A stretch of 64,000 bases of DNA from Raillietiella orientalis (Eukaryota), in the NCBI GenBank assembly GCA_036172245.1, contig JAYWIR010000003.1:868001-932000 (forward strand). The letters are read 5' to 3'. The stretch's first letter is position 1. The number at the start of each line of letters is the position of its first letter. Shown here piece after piece: positions 40,701 through 52,239 of this stretch. A program made the position numbers and the translations under genes. The notes beneath the pieces were generated by a model. The model was given only the letters and a program-made list of their open reading frames with translations. It made no database searches and was not told where the DNA came from.

Positions 40701-43700
40701 CGTGGCCTCGCCCTTGGGGCCGGAAGGCAGCCTCCGGACCCAGGCCGCACGGGAGGATCTTGCTTGAGCCGAGCGCTCCCGTGCTGCGCGGGGTGACGAG
40801 GTCGGAACCATAGCGGGTGGGAAGGGGAGGGAGCGGGAAGGAAGGACGGCATTCTGCCCGCCGCCGAAGAGTTGCCAGCTCGAAGGACCACCTGGGATAC
40901 GAGCGCCTCTGATAGCTCCCCGTTGGAACCCCCGCCGCCTTCCCGCGACGCCCCGAAGATGGCTTTACCCTGGCCCTCCGCAAGCTGCTGCCCCGGCGGC
41001 CCAGGGCGCCGGGAGATTTCGAGGCCCCCTTTCCCGGAGAGCGCCTTCCGGACCTCTTTTTTCTTCCTGGATTTCCGCAGATCTCCCTGTCTCTTCCTCC
41101 AGAGCCGGGCATCCTGCGTTGCTCACTGAGTAGCTGCGCGCGGAGATCTCGTCCGCCGCGAGGGGCTCTCCGTGGATCCTTCTGGGCGCGTCGCCAGCCC
41201 CGAAATCCTCCCCTGGGGTGATGAGGCGCGCATTGGGGGGAGGGTACGGGGGAGGGAGGGGTGAATCCTCCCTAAGGAGGCTCAGGGAGGAGGAGGAGAA
41301 GAAGGGAGGCGGCCCGTTCGTGTCCATAGGGGAGACCCGGGTCAGCACGCCCGAAGCCCCGACGCTCAGGGCGGCCTCCCAACCGGCGCCCTCGCGGCGC
41401 CCTCGCCTCGCCGTAAGAGGCGCTGCTCCCTCTGGTGGCACCCAAGAGGAAGATCGACCGGACGACGGATGATGGTCCACGAAAGGGATGCTGAGCACCG
41501 AGGCACTCCTTGAATCTGCACAGGCGCCCGCCCCCTCTCTGCTCAGTCCCTGCCCTCGCGGCTCCCAGCTGTCCCCTGAGCGCGGGGAGAGTCTCCGAGG
41601 GATCGCAGGCGCGTGTGGATGCTCCGGAGGCAGCCGGATCGGAACTCTCGGGAAAGCTGTGTTGCCAGGAGCGTTGTCGGGGGAAGGAGGGGGAGTGTGG
41701 GGAACAAGATGGCTCCTCCTCTCCCCTACGGCAGGAAATTATCTCCTTCTGAAGTCCCCTCCCCCCTGGTACGCGGGAGCCTCCACGGCCGGCGGCGGTC
41801 CGTTGCCGGCGGCAACGCTCCCCAGTAGACAAACCGGTACGCCGGCGGCGAGCTCTGGAGGAGCCGCGCGAAGATGGCAGCCTCCAACGAAGGAGTACGG
41901 GAGCGTCCAAGGCAATGGGCGAGGGGGGAGGGGTTGCACCGCGTGCTCCAGGCAAGGGTCGGCGGTTCCGGGAAGGCAGGGCATGAGGGGTATGTCCCGA
42001 AACACCGCTCCTTCGGGTCGCCCGACCCCTTCCTGCCTGACCCCGCCCGAGCAGCAGCCCCTCCGGCCGCCAAGGGTATCTTTGCCCGCCCGCTCCAGCT
42101 CTCTCCTCCCTCCTCTTCCTCCGCAGACGGGGAGGAGGGCCGCGCCTGAGGAGACACCCGGGAGGCTGCTCCCTGCTGCACGGAGGGTGCCGAGTCGCAC
42201 CGAGGTTAAAAATAAGATGCCCCTGGACTCCTTCCAAGTTCCAGGAGAGGCGGAGGCGGCGGCAGCAGGAGGAAGGCGTGCCGGGGCAGCCCGCGTCTCT
42301 CCCGCTGGGAAAGGGGAGGAGAAGAGGAGGAGGAGGTTTGTTCGCTCGGCATCTTAGCAACAAGGATCAGCCGGGAGAGAGCCGGATGTTTCCCCCTCTC
42401 GTCCCCCCTCCTCTCCTTCGAGAGTGGACCGCCCGCCATAGGGAAATCCTCGGGGGGCTCCCATGACATGGCGTCCCGGGTCTAGGAAGACCCGCCTGTC
42501 GATGGGAGGGTTCTCCAAAGAAGGAGACAGGGGAGCGGGATGGAGAGTCCCCAGGCAGACCACCCCTGAACGACGAGCCTCCAGGAGGTCCGATCCGGTC
42601 CCGACGGAGCAGGCGGAGCACAGAGAGGTTGCCAGGCGACAGCCTCCTCCTCTCCGCTAGGCATCGGACCGGGCGTCCTGCTCCTGAGGCCCGTTCTCCC
42701 TATCCGGGGTGGTAGGGTAGAGGGGGGCAGGGAACTCGAGCAGCGCATGGCCCCGCAGACACGTTCCATTTGTCCGAAGGGTGCGGAGGAGGTGGTGGTC
42801 GGCGATGGCAGCGCTCCTCGCACCGAGACGGAGCCGCCGAGGCTGCCGCTTGGGGAGCGGAGGCACAATCGGGCGGATGGCGGCGCAGCATCCTTCGCTC
42901 GCCCCGCGAGCGTCTCCACCTCCGGGGGAGGGAAGGAGGGGGAGGCGATGAGGACGCAGGCGCGGCAGGGCAGCTGCGTCCTAGGGTCCGCGCCCTGCTG
43001 CTCGCCGCTTCGCGGGAGAGCTGGCACGCCGTTCGCTTCGCCGCGGGCATTCCTTTCCCTGCTGGCGCGGCCGTTCCTCTTACCCCTCCTCCAGGATCGC
43101 GAGAGCCATCTCGCCGCGACGTGCGCGCGCGCCTGCGAAGTGACGACGTCGGGGAGACGCTGCGCCGGGCGTGGGAGGATTCGCGCGCGTGCCACCCGCC
43201 GTGCCCCGTCGTCAAGCGCCCCCCCACCCGGAAGAAGGGGTGCCTCGTGGCGCGCTCCTGGCACCCGGAAGCTTCCTCCGCCAGCAGACGACACGGAACG
43301 CCCGCCTCCTCGTCGTCCTCGTAGGGAGGAGGAGAAGCGCGCGCCCTCCCGCGGATGCGCCAGTAGTAACGCTCGCCTCCGGTAGGTGGACGACCCTCGG
43401 CTGCCCTCTTCGAGGGGTGGCCGGCGCGCGCCCCCATGGCTGGCTGCGCATGCGCGAACGCCAGAGCAGGCGGGAGGGCGGGAAGGGCGAGGATCGGGAA
43501 GGGAGAGCTGCAGTCTGCGCCTCTTTCTCCCGGCCCCCAGGTGCGTCGCGCCAGGAGGGGACCAGGAGCGGCAGCGGGCGGGAAGAACGGCGAAGGGCCC
43601 TCCGGGAATGACGTTCCAAAGCCCTGATCAGCGAAACGGAAGGATGGCAAAAGGCATGGTTGATTCGCACGGAAGATGAAGTTTCTCTCGAAGGTGCGTG

Positions 43701-43896
43701 CAAGACGCACATGGAGTTGTTGTCTCGTAGGGTGAAATGGTCATGCACAACACGGGAGCGTAATTGAATTTCAGAGGTCATGGTACAACTTGTCTCATGT
43801 AGCATGAATGCACATATGTGAGCAAGCAGGATGCAATGCGAAATACTAACGTGACACCCGGCACCAACATAATAATTGTATTATGGAGAAGGTTTC

Positions 43897-43935
<39 letters not shown>

Positions 43936-45437
43936 GAAAAACAAAATCGTGCATGGCCTCTTTTTTCAAGGGTACCACAACTGCATGGAATAAATTACGC
44001 TTAAATGATAATATTTCGTGTTCAGTGATATAACAGTGACGCACGCCCGTAGAATATTCCAGTAAGAAGGTCCGGTAGAGTTTTAAACAAACCTTGACAT
44101 TTTTGCCGCCGAAAAAAAAAATCGATGCAGGCAATCGGGCAAAAACACTTTTTTGAACTGTCCAATGAGAGTGCGGTCGGAAGCACTTATTTGAATGGGG
44201 GGGGGGGGAGGGGAGGATTGCACATCACTGATGCACCTCCTTTTTTTCTTCCTTTCTTTCTTTATTTGCTCCTCGTTGCACACGGCTATCTGCGGACGAT
44301 TGCATTGTGCTCCATATTGCAAGCGCAAATTGCAATGTGCAAACTGTGGCCGAGTGGATCAGTGGCAGGGAACCCTCTGTTAAAGAAGAGATGCGCTTTC
44401 TTCGAACCACCACGTTGTAGAATAACGAATGTCGATGTCTTAACATTTAAAAGTTTCGTTTTTCCTTCTTCCTTTTTTTCACGTCTTGCGAAGCGCCCAC
44501 TGAATAGTCGGGTCCGACTGTCGGGCGAGGCGGTGGAAGCGGACAGACCCACGGTGAGATGGTCGGCCGCCATTCAGCGGAGCGCCGGCGGCCACGCGAG
44601 AAAGCGCCGCAGCCCCCTCCCCCCTCCTGTCCCCTGTCCGCGTCGTAGCCGGTTTGCACGGGAAGCGACGTCGTCGTATTTGCCCCAATGTACACGGTAC
44701 TGTACGAAAATTCGAGGCACGCAGTGACTGTTGCAGCGGCTGAGAAGGTCCCGACGGCGCATCCGCCGCGTCACCGCAGGGCCGAAGAAGGTGCGTCATC
44801 GCTCCGGCGTGGGAAAAAAGGAATGCGCTCTTCCTTGCTCTCGCCCGAGCTTCCTCGGCAGCGACTAGGCCTCCCTCGGGAGGGGAGGGGACGCGAGTTC
44901 CCCGGCCGCGGACGCCATGGCGACGGAGAAGATGGGCGGCCTTCCTCCCCTTCCCGGAGGCGGCGCAAGGAGAGCCGCGCGGATGAGCGGGCACCGGCTA
45001 GGTGGATTCTCGGAGGGGGGAAGGTTCGGAGGAGGAGGGGAAGACGGGGGGACATCCGGGGGCGGCAGTGGGTCGTCCGGCCCACGCGTTTCTCAGTTCT
45101 CACTGGAGTGGACGTCCCAGAATGGTCCAGAGGAGGAAGAGAAAGGGGTTGCTCTCTGTAGGTCGGCCGAGAAATCCTCATCCCCTGAGGGCGCGAGGGA
45201 AGGAGGAGGAGCAGGGCGATCCGCTCCGCAGAAGCGAGCGCCCTCGGGCCCGGTTACCCCCCCCCCTCCTCGCAGGACGTCCCCGCGGAAGAGACCGGGA
45301 AGGAGACGGAGGCCAGTCGCTCCCTCTCTCTCTCTTTTTTTCTGCTTCCTTTTCTCCCGTGGCCGCCCGCCGCGTCGATCCTCCTCTCTTCGCCTGCTTG
45401 GCTCCACCCTGGGGCGCTTCCGGAAGGTCCCCCCGCG

Positions 45438-48400
45438 TCAGTGACGCGCCGTGTAGTGGGGATTCACGTAGCTGGACGTCGCCTGCCGGAAGAGGGGGTT
45501 CTGCTGCTCCTGAAAGGGGGAAGGACGTGGACGTCCGGGATAGGTGGAAGGTGTGCGCGTACCGTGCGGGATTTGTCTTGCCGGAGGGACTTCTCGAAGA
45601 GCGAGTACTCCTTCCGGTCCTTGATCACCGTGACGACCTTCCAGACGCAGAGCGCCGCAGCCCCGGCGACCAGGGTCCCCACGATCATGGCCAGGTTGAC
45701 CACTGGCGTCCTGTCCGGGGGACTGCGACCGAGGAGGAAGGGCGGCGAGGCACTTACCGAGCACCTTGGTGACCTTCACGGCGCACTCCTTGTGGGAGTC
45801 GACCACGACGACGGTGCTGCCATCTCGGGGGTCCTCACCGTAGGAGAAACTGTACCTGCAGCCGCCGTCGTCAATGACGACGCAGTCCTTCCTCCCTCGG
45901 AGGAGGTGCTGCCGTCCTGCGGCGGGAAGGGAGAGAGTTTTGGTCCGCGCGGGTTGCGGGCATCTCTCCCTACCAGGTGGGGGACCGGCGCCGCCGCCAT
46001 CTCTGCCGAAGACGTGGGCGCCGCAGGCTGAGCAGGCAGCGTCTCCCGGGTGGTGGTGACACGTGGCGCAGGGGGTCAGCTCAGTGCAGCGAGTGATGCA
46101 GGTCTGGAAAGAGGCAGGCAGCTCGGTGGTGGCGGCGGCGCGCGCGCTGCGCGCACGCACCGGGCACCTCTCGCAGTGCCTCCCGGAGTAGCGACCTTCT
46201 TTGGTCTCTTCGCAAACGCACTGCCCGCAGACGCATGCGCCCTTGCCGGAGCAGACCTGCCTCTCCTCCTCCTCCTCCTCCTCCTCCTCCTTCTGTCCTG
46301 CCCTCCCCCCGCCACCGGAAGGACCCCTCGGCGGCCGGCAGGCGTCGTCCGAGGTGGTGCACTCGCAGGCCGTGCCCGTCCAGCCGGGGGCGCACGCGCA
46401 GACCCCGCACTCGCAGCTCCCGTGGGCCGGCCCGGAGCAGAAGGTTCCGTCAGGTCCCCGATCGCAGGAGAAGTTGTCGCACTCGCAGAAGTCGCCGCTG
46501 ACCACCTGATCGGGGGAAGACGGGTCGTCACACGCAGCAGCCACTCCCTCCCACCTCTGCGGGGTTGGCACGGACGTAGCACTCGCAGATCCCGCAGATG
46601 CAGTTCCCCCTCCCGGAGCACGGCACGGCCGTCCCATTGCCGGGGAGACAGCCGGCCAGGTCGGCCTCCTGGAACTGCACGTCGTCGCACTCGCAGTGAC
46701 GTCCGAAGTGCGACCCGTCGCAGACGCAGCCTCCGCACCGCAGGTCCCCGGCGTAGCTGCACCTCCAAGCCTCGGCCTTGGGCTGGTACCCCTGCGGGGA
46801 GTGGGGGAGAGAGGTGCGGGTCACTGAGACCCGCAGGCGCTCGCGCCCCTCCTCACCGCGTCTCCCTCCTCGTCGCAGGCGCACCCGCACTGCAGGTCCA
46901 GGTCCACCGTCAGCGACTCGTTGATGCCCACAGGGTAGATGACCAGCGTGCTATCGGAGGACTCGACCTTTTCGGGACAGTCGAGGAGCTGGAGGAGGAG
47001 GAGAGAGATGCAGCGTCAAGGTGGGGGTGAAAGGGGACGCCCCCCTCACGACGGCTCTTCTTACCGTGACGGTCGCCGTGAACTCGACGACATCCCCTGC
47101 CCTGAGGCCGTCGCATCGGCTGGTGATCCGGGACGCCTCCTTTCCGGCGCAGGACGACCTGTAGCTGACCTGGAGGTGGTCTCCTGACCTGTGTCGCATC
47201 TCCACCGACGAGGCGATCCTCTGCAGCAGGGCGCAGGTTCGGAAACCTCTCGACCCCCCACTGTCCCCACGACCTCGAAGGTCTCCCGGATGAGCTGCAC
47301 GACGTTGGAGGAGTCCTCCCGCAAGGTGCCCGTGCTGGCCCCCTCGATGACCTCCGCCAACCGGTCGTAGACTCCCTTCTGATCCTCCGTGACCGCGAAC
47401 ACCAGGTTCACGGAGTGGGCCTTCGCCTGGAGGCCGACCTGAGTCACGGACGGGTAGTCCGTGAGGGTCGAGTGGGTGTAGCGGCCGAGGTCGTCCAGGT
47501 GGCACAGACCGTCGTTGGGCTCCACGATTCCCGCCAACTGGAATCGCGGCTCGGAATGCGCAGGAGAGCAGCGGGTCCACTCCCGCTGGGCAACCCCAGG
47601 GATCGACAAAGGGAGTGGGTGCGGGAGCAAAGGGAACAGCCGGCCGCCGACCCGGACGAAGACTTCCGGCGGCGGAGAAGGCCCCTGACCCCTCTCGCCT
47701 CAGGATAGGGGGCCCAGGGAGGAGGGAGGGAGGAAGGGGGGTCGCTTGCCTTCCCGTCGCCTGCCTGGTGGAACCCGGCGTCCGTCGTGAAGACGACGAC
47801 CTTCCTGGCCTCGTCCCGCCAGTCGATGCTCTCCTTGCAGACGATGACCTGCATGACGGCGTCCAGGCCTCCTTCCAGGGCGTCCAGGTTGCCGGACACC
47901 TCCGCCCGGTCGACCTCCTCCTGGGTCGGGGAAGAAGCTCTCCCGAGACGCTGCCTCCGGGCCTACCTTGAAGCGGGTCAGGTTGTCAGTCAAGGGCAGG
48001 TGGTTCCTGAAGCCGTAGGGGGGCACGCAGCGGCTGCAGGGCCTCTCCAGCCTGCGGGTGAGAACGACGGCGAGACAGGGCGCGCCCTTCCGACCCAACC
48101 ACCCCCAGACCCCTCCTACTTCGCGGGTAGCATGTCGGCGTAGGGCATGGCTACCTTGTCGACGAAGGAGCCGAATCCCAGGCGGACGTTGGCCGAGATG
48201 CGCGTCATGTCCTTGGCCAAGAGATCACCCAGCTCCACCAGCTTAACCTTGTCGTCGACCATGGACTGCGAGAGGTCCATGACGTAGTAGAGGTCCACCG
48301 GGTGGTCCCTTGCCGCCGAGTATCGGAAATGGAAATCCAGGGGGACCCCTGACCTGGAGGTCAGTCGCGCGCGCGCGTCCCCCCGGAGGAGCACCTCTCC

Positions 48401-48995
48401 TCAGCCTCAGAGAGACCCTCTGCGGCCGCAGCTGGACCACGCCGCTCCTGGCGTCCGCGGAGAACTCGAGGTCCTGGGAGACCTCCAGGAGGTTCGCCGG
48501 ATCCACGAAAAAGTTGCTACCACACTGACGCCGGAAGTCTTCGTCCAGGTCGTCTATCCTCCGGCACCTGTGCAGGCGGGTGCCCGCGGCCTCGGGCAAG
48601 TCCTCGGGGAAGAAGCAGGGCAGGCATGAAGCACGGACCCCCCTGGGACACCGGGAAGAGGGGCGCCACCTACCGGGTTGCTGCACCACACACACGACGG
48701 CTGCCGGATGCATTCGGTGCAGTTCCTCCGGGAATGGCAGAGGCCCCGACGCACCCCCAGTGAGCAACAGCACCAGCAGCAGCCGCACGCCAGCAGCAGC
48801 ACCAGAAGCAGCAGAGGCCGCGGCGGCCCCGGGAGAAGGCGGCGGCGCGTCACGACATCCCCGGTTCCCTGGAAGGGAGAACCAGGGTCCAAATGCGCCC
48901 TCTGAGAGCTTGGGAGGACCGCGGCTTCGGAGGGACGCCCTCCCTCTGCCTCCCGCCGCTCTGGCGGGAAGGCTTACCCCCGCTGGAACCATCAT
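45438..48995 (-). CDS. Integrin beta subunit, complete, 15 coding exons, ~846 aa
   Basis: Exons 48995-48978, 48868-48674, 48602-48395, 48348-48120, 48051-47967, 47920-47750, 47537-47274, 47220-47065, 46988-46857, 46791-46555, 46505-46161, 46103-45974, 45916-45758, 45702-45563, 45509-45438; 2541 nt, in frame. Signal peptide; PSI ([16 protein letters not shown]); beta-I domain ([69 protein letters not shown]); four Cys-rich I-EGF repeats; TM; tail KDRKEY...NPLF...NPHY. Confidence 0.96.
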
Positions 48996-49703
48996 CTGCC
49001 CGCGAGGCATCGGCTCTCAGTCCCGAGGGTCAAAAGCATCCCCTCCACACTTCCTCCAGAAGGAGGACTTTGTGGTGGATGGGGGTGGCACGTCCTCTGC
49101 TGAGGATCTCTCAGCCTCGTCTGGTTGGTCCGTCCGTCGGCGGAGGGGGAGAAGGAAGGCCTGCTGCGCTAGATTCCCCGCTGGAGGCGCCCCCCAGGGC
49201 CACACCGCTACTTCCTCACGGGCAGGGAGAGGACGCGCAGGAAGTGGGAGGACGTGGAGGGGAAAGGATCGAACGGGAACGGGAAAGGAAGCATCCCTCC
49301 CCCCCACACACCGCCGCCATCCCCGGAGGACGAAGTGGCTGGAAGAGGACGCCGAGTTCCTCTCCCGGCCACCCGTGTTCTCCACGAGACTCCCCGGAGC
49401 GCACCCGGAGACAGGGGGCAGATTCCTTCGTCTCCAGGGGCGCCCCTGGTGGTCGTCCTCCGGGGTCCGTCGTCCATTGACGGCCTTCCGGGACTCCTTG
49501 CCGGAACGGCAGACGCAGAGCGCGCGTCTCCACGTAGGAAGAGGACTCGGCAGGAGACTTCCCTACGCGAACGCCGGAGGGGGAAGGGAACACCTTCCTC
49601 CAGCAGGACGAAGGTGGCTCCTCGTCTGGGAAAGGTGGATGGTGTCGAGAGGGAGGGACAGTCGCCCCAAGCCCGCTTCCTCCTCCCCCTCTCGTCTCTC
49701 CCC

Positions 49704-49811
49704 CCGCGAGAGGGCACGCGGGGCGCCAATGCTTACCGCGAGAGGGCACGCGGGGCGCCAATGCTTACCGCGAGAGGGCACGCGGGGCGCCAATGCTTAC
49801 CGCGAGAGGGC
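49704..49811. repeat. Perfect 32-bp minisatellite, ~3.4 copies
   Basis: Unit CCGCGAGAGGGCACGCGGGGCGCCAATGCTTA repeated three times without mismatch, plus a 12-nt partial copy. Confidence 0.95.
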
Positions 49812-52239
49812 GAGCGCTCCGGATGGAGCCGGAGGCACCTCTGCGTCCAGACATCGCAGCAGGGAAGGACGGTGGGAGGCAAGTCACCTCGACCGACCTG
49901 TTTCCGGGAGTCCTCGCGGGCGGACGGATGTCTCGAATGGGAGTGGCCCTCTGCGCGCCTTTCGCCCCCGCGCGCCTCCCTTATCTCGGTCTGGAGGCGG
50001 CGCGTCGTCGCTCCTGGGACCGCGCCCCGCTGCTGGGGAGTGGAAGGCGACGGTGGCCTGATGAAAGGAGTGCGCTCCATGAAAGACTGCTCCATGGACC
50101 TCTTTTCCTCCTGTGTCCAAGGACGAGCACTCCCTCTTCCCCCTAGGGACGGCCGGACTCGAGCCAATTGCCTTTAACCTCTCCTCCTCCTCCTCCTTGA
50201 GCCCCTCCCAAGGAGGCGATCACTAGAGACCTCCGGCGGGAGGGTGCAGCGGAGATCCTACTTCGGGCCCTGGGACTCTCCTTGCTCCTCGTCCAGGACA
50301 CGGCCCGTCGTTAGCGTGTGCGCAGGCTGCTCCCCAGCGGAGAGCGAACGAGTTCCACACGTCCCGCAGTGTTGCCTCCGGCCGGTAGATGGAGAAGCAG
50401 TCTCAGAGGAGGCGCTCCGCTGCATGCTCCCGACGACGAAAGGGACGCCCTGAGCCACTCTCCCCCGAGTCCCCTCGGTTCCAGATCGGGGTGGGGGTGT
50501 GGAGCAGCTCGAGACGTCCCTCCCCTCCCTCCCTCTGCCTTCATGGATGCAGAGGAGGCGTCCGTGGAGCAGAATGCCGCCGTCCGCAGACCCACCCGCG
50601 CCGAGGCGGGAAAGCGTCACCTTCTCCTGCCGAAAGGGGAAGCCTCCTTCCTCCCCCATCCTCCTTCCGGATGTCGAAGGGCACTGCCCTGGGAAAAGGG
50701 AGTGCTGTTCGGAAGCAAAGCACCCCGGCGCCATATTCCACTCCCCCTCCGCACCCCTCCATTGTGGTCTGGAAAAAAAAAAAAACAAAAAAGAGTGGCC
50801 TTTCGTTTCGCTGACGCGAAATGATTGGGCGTGGTCGCAGAGAGATGCCACTGTCGCGCCCACTTCTCCAAGCCGAAGGGCGCGTTCACCCCTTCCCCCC
50901 CCCCACGCGCGCACCGCTTCACGGGTCCCCCGTTGCTTTAGGCGGGCACCCACCCTGCCCCGGGTGCGGCTTGTCTCCCCTCCGTATGCGCTCTCGCGGC
51001 GGGAGGCGACTGCGTGGGGTGCCCGCCGCTCGCCGCCACTGTCGCCGCCGCCTTCTCTCTGCTCTCCCTTCCGCGGGCTCCGCCGACCTGTCCGCTCCGC
51101 CGGGAGCGATTCCGGCGGCCGGGTTGCCGTGGATACGCCCCCTCCGGAGCGGCGGCGTACGCGAGCGCCGATGCCCCCGGTTTGCCGCGGCAGGGTGGCA
51201 GGACTTCGCCTGTTCCTCTCGTGAGGGACGACTCCACCCGGCGGCTTGCCGCGGGACCGCTCCTCCTTCCGAGGGCTCTCGAAGGGACGAGGAGCACAGA
51301 CCTTTTTCCACCACCCCCTTTCCCTTCCCCCAGAGAGTGCTTCCGAGACCCACGCGCGCCCGCAGGCGACGTCGTCCCCTTTCGCTTCATGCCAGAGGGC
51401 ACAAGAGAGAGAGCTCCGGAAAACCGTGGCAACCTCTCCGAATTCGGACGGCGATCCCTCCTTCGCGGGGCGCCTTGGCCGAGCCTGGAAAAGCCACCAC
51501 CCCACCCCTCCTTAAGGCCAGTTTCTCGTTTCGGGAAGGGGCAGGAGCCGCCAGCGGTCGCACCCGTAGAGGCCCCAGGGCACTTCCGGGTCGTCTCCCG
51601 GAAGTGTTGCAGCCTGAGCCCACCGGAGCGGATCCTCAGGGACGCCGCCGCGGTTCATCCGTCTCTAGAGAAGACCTCTCCGAGACCACCCCGTGGAGAC
51701 CTCCGCCTGCACCACGGAGCATGGTGTGGCGCCCCCACCCGAACTCGAGCGCTACGGGCACAGCTGGCTGGTCTAGGAAACTCCGCCTCCCCAGCAGGCG
51801 CGCCTCCGACAGCGGTTCTCACGGGCGGGGACCCCTCTCTTCCCGAATGCTCCCTCGGTCGGGTGACTTCCCGAGTTCTGCAGGGAAGGGGTCGCGCGCG
51901 GATCAAGATGGCGGCGTCCTTCCCGCTCTGGTGAGCCCACCCGCGACTGCTGTCGTCCCCACGGCCTCCTGTGACCGACCGAGCGACCTTTGCGTTTCGC
52001 CTCAGGCCCTTCGCTTTTCTGACCGGTCTCCCGGGCCGGCTTGGAGGTCCGGGCCGTGCACTGCACTCATCTTGGATGCCTTCCGCGGTCGTTTCACTTG
52101 ATCCTTCTGCAGCGGCCGTGGTCCTGCCTCGTGGACTCGTAGGGAGGCCGAGAGATAGCAGCCAAAGGCTTCCTCCTCCCACGCGCCCGCCCACGGTCTC
52201 CGCCGCGGAGCCCAAGAGTCTGAATGAGTCCGCTGAACC

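Noticed and set aside
49704..49811. CRISPR-like repeat (32-bp unit)
   Set aside because: The units are head-to-tail with no spacers, there are no cas genes, and the context is eukaryotic.
48580..50061. 493-aa plus-strand ORF and other long ORFs antisense to the integrin and SPARC genes
   Set aside because: Shadow frames of GC-rich exons and flanks.
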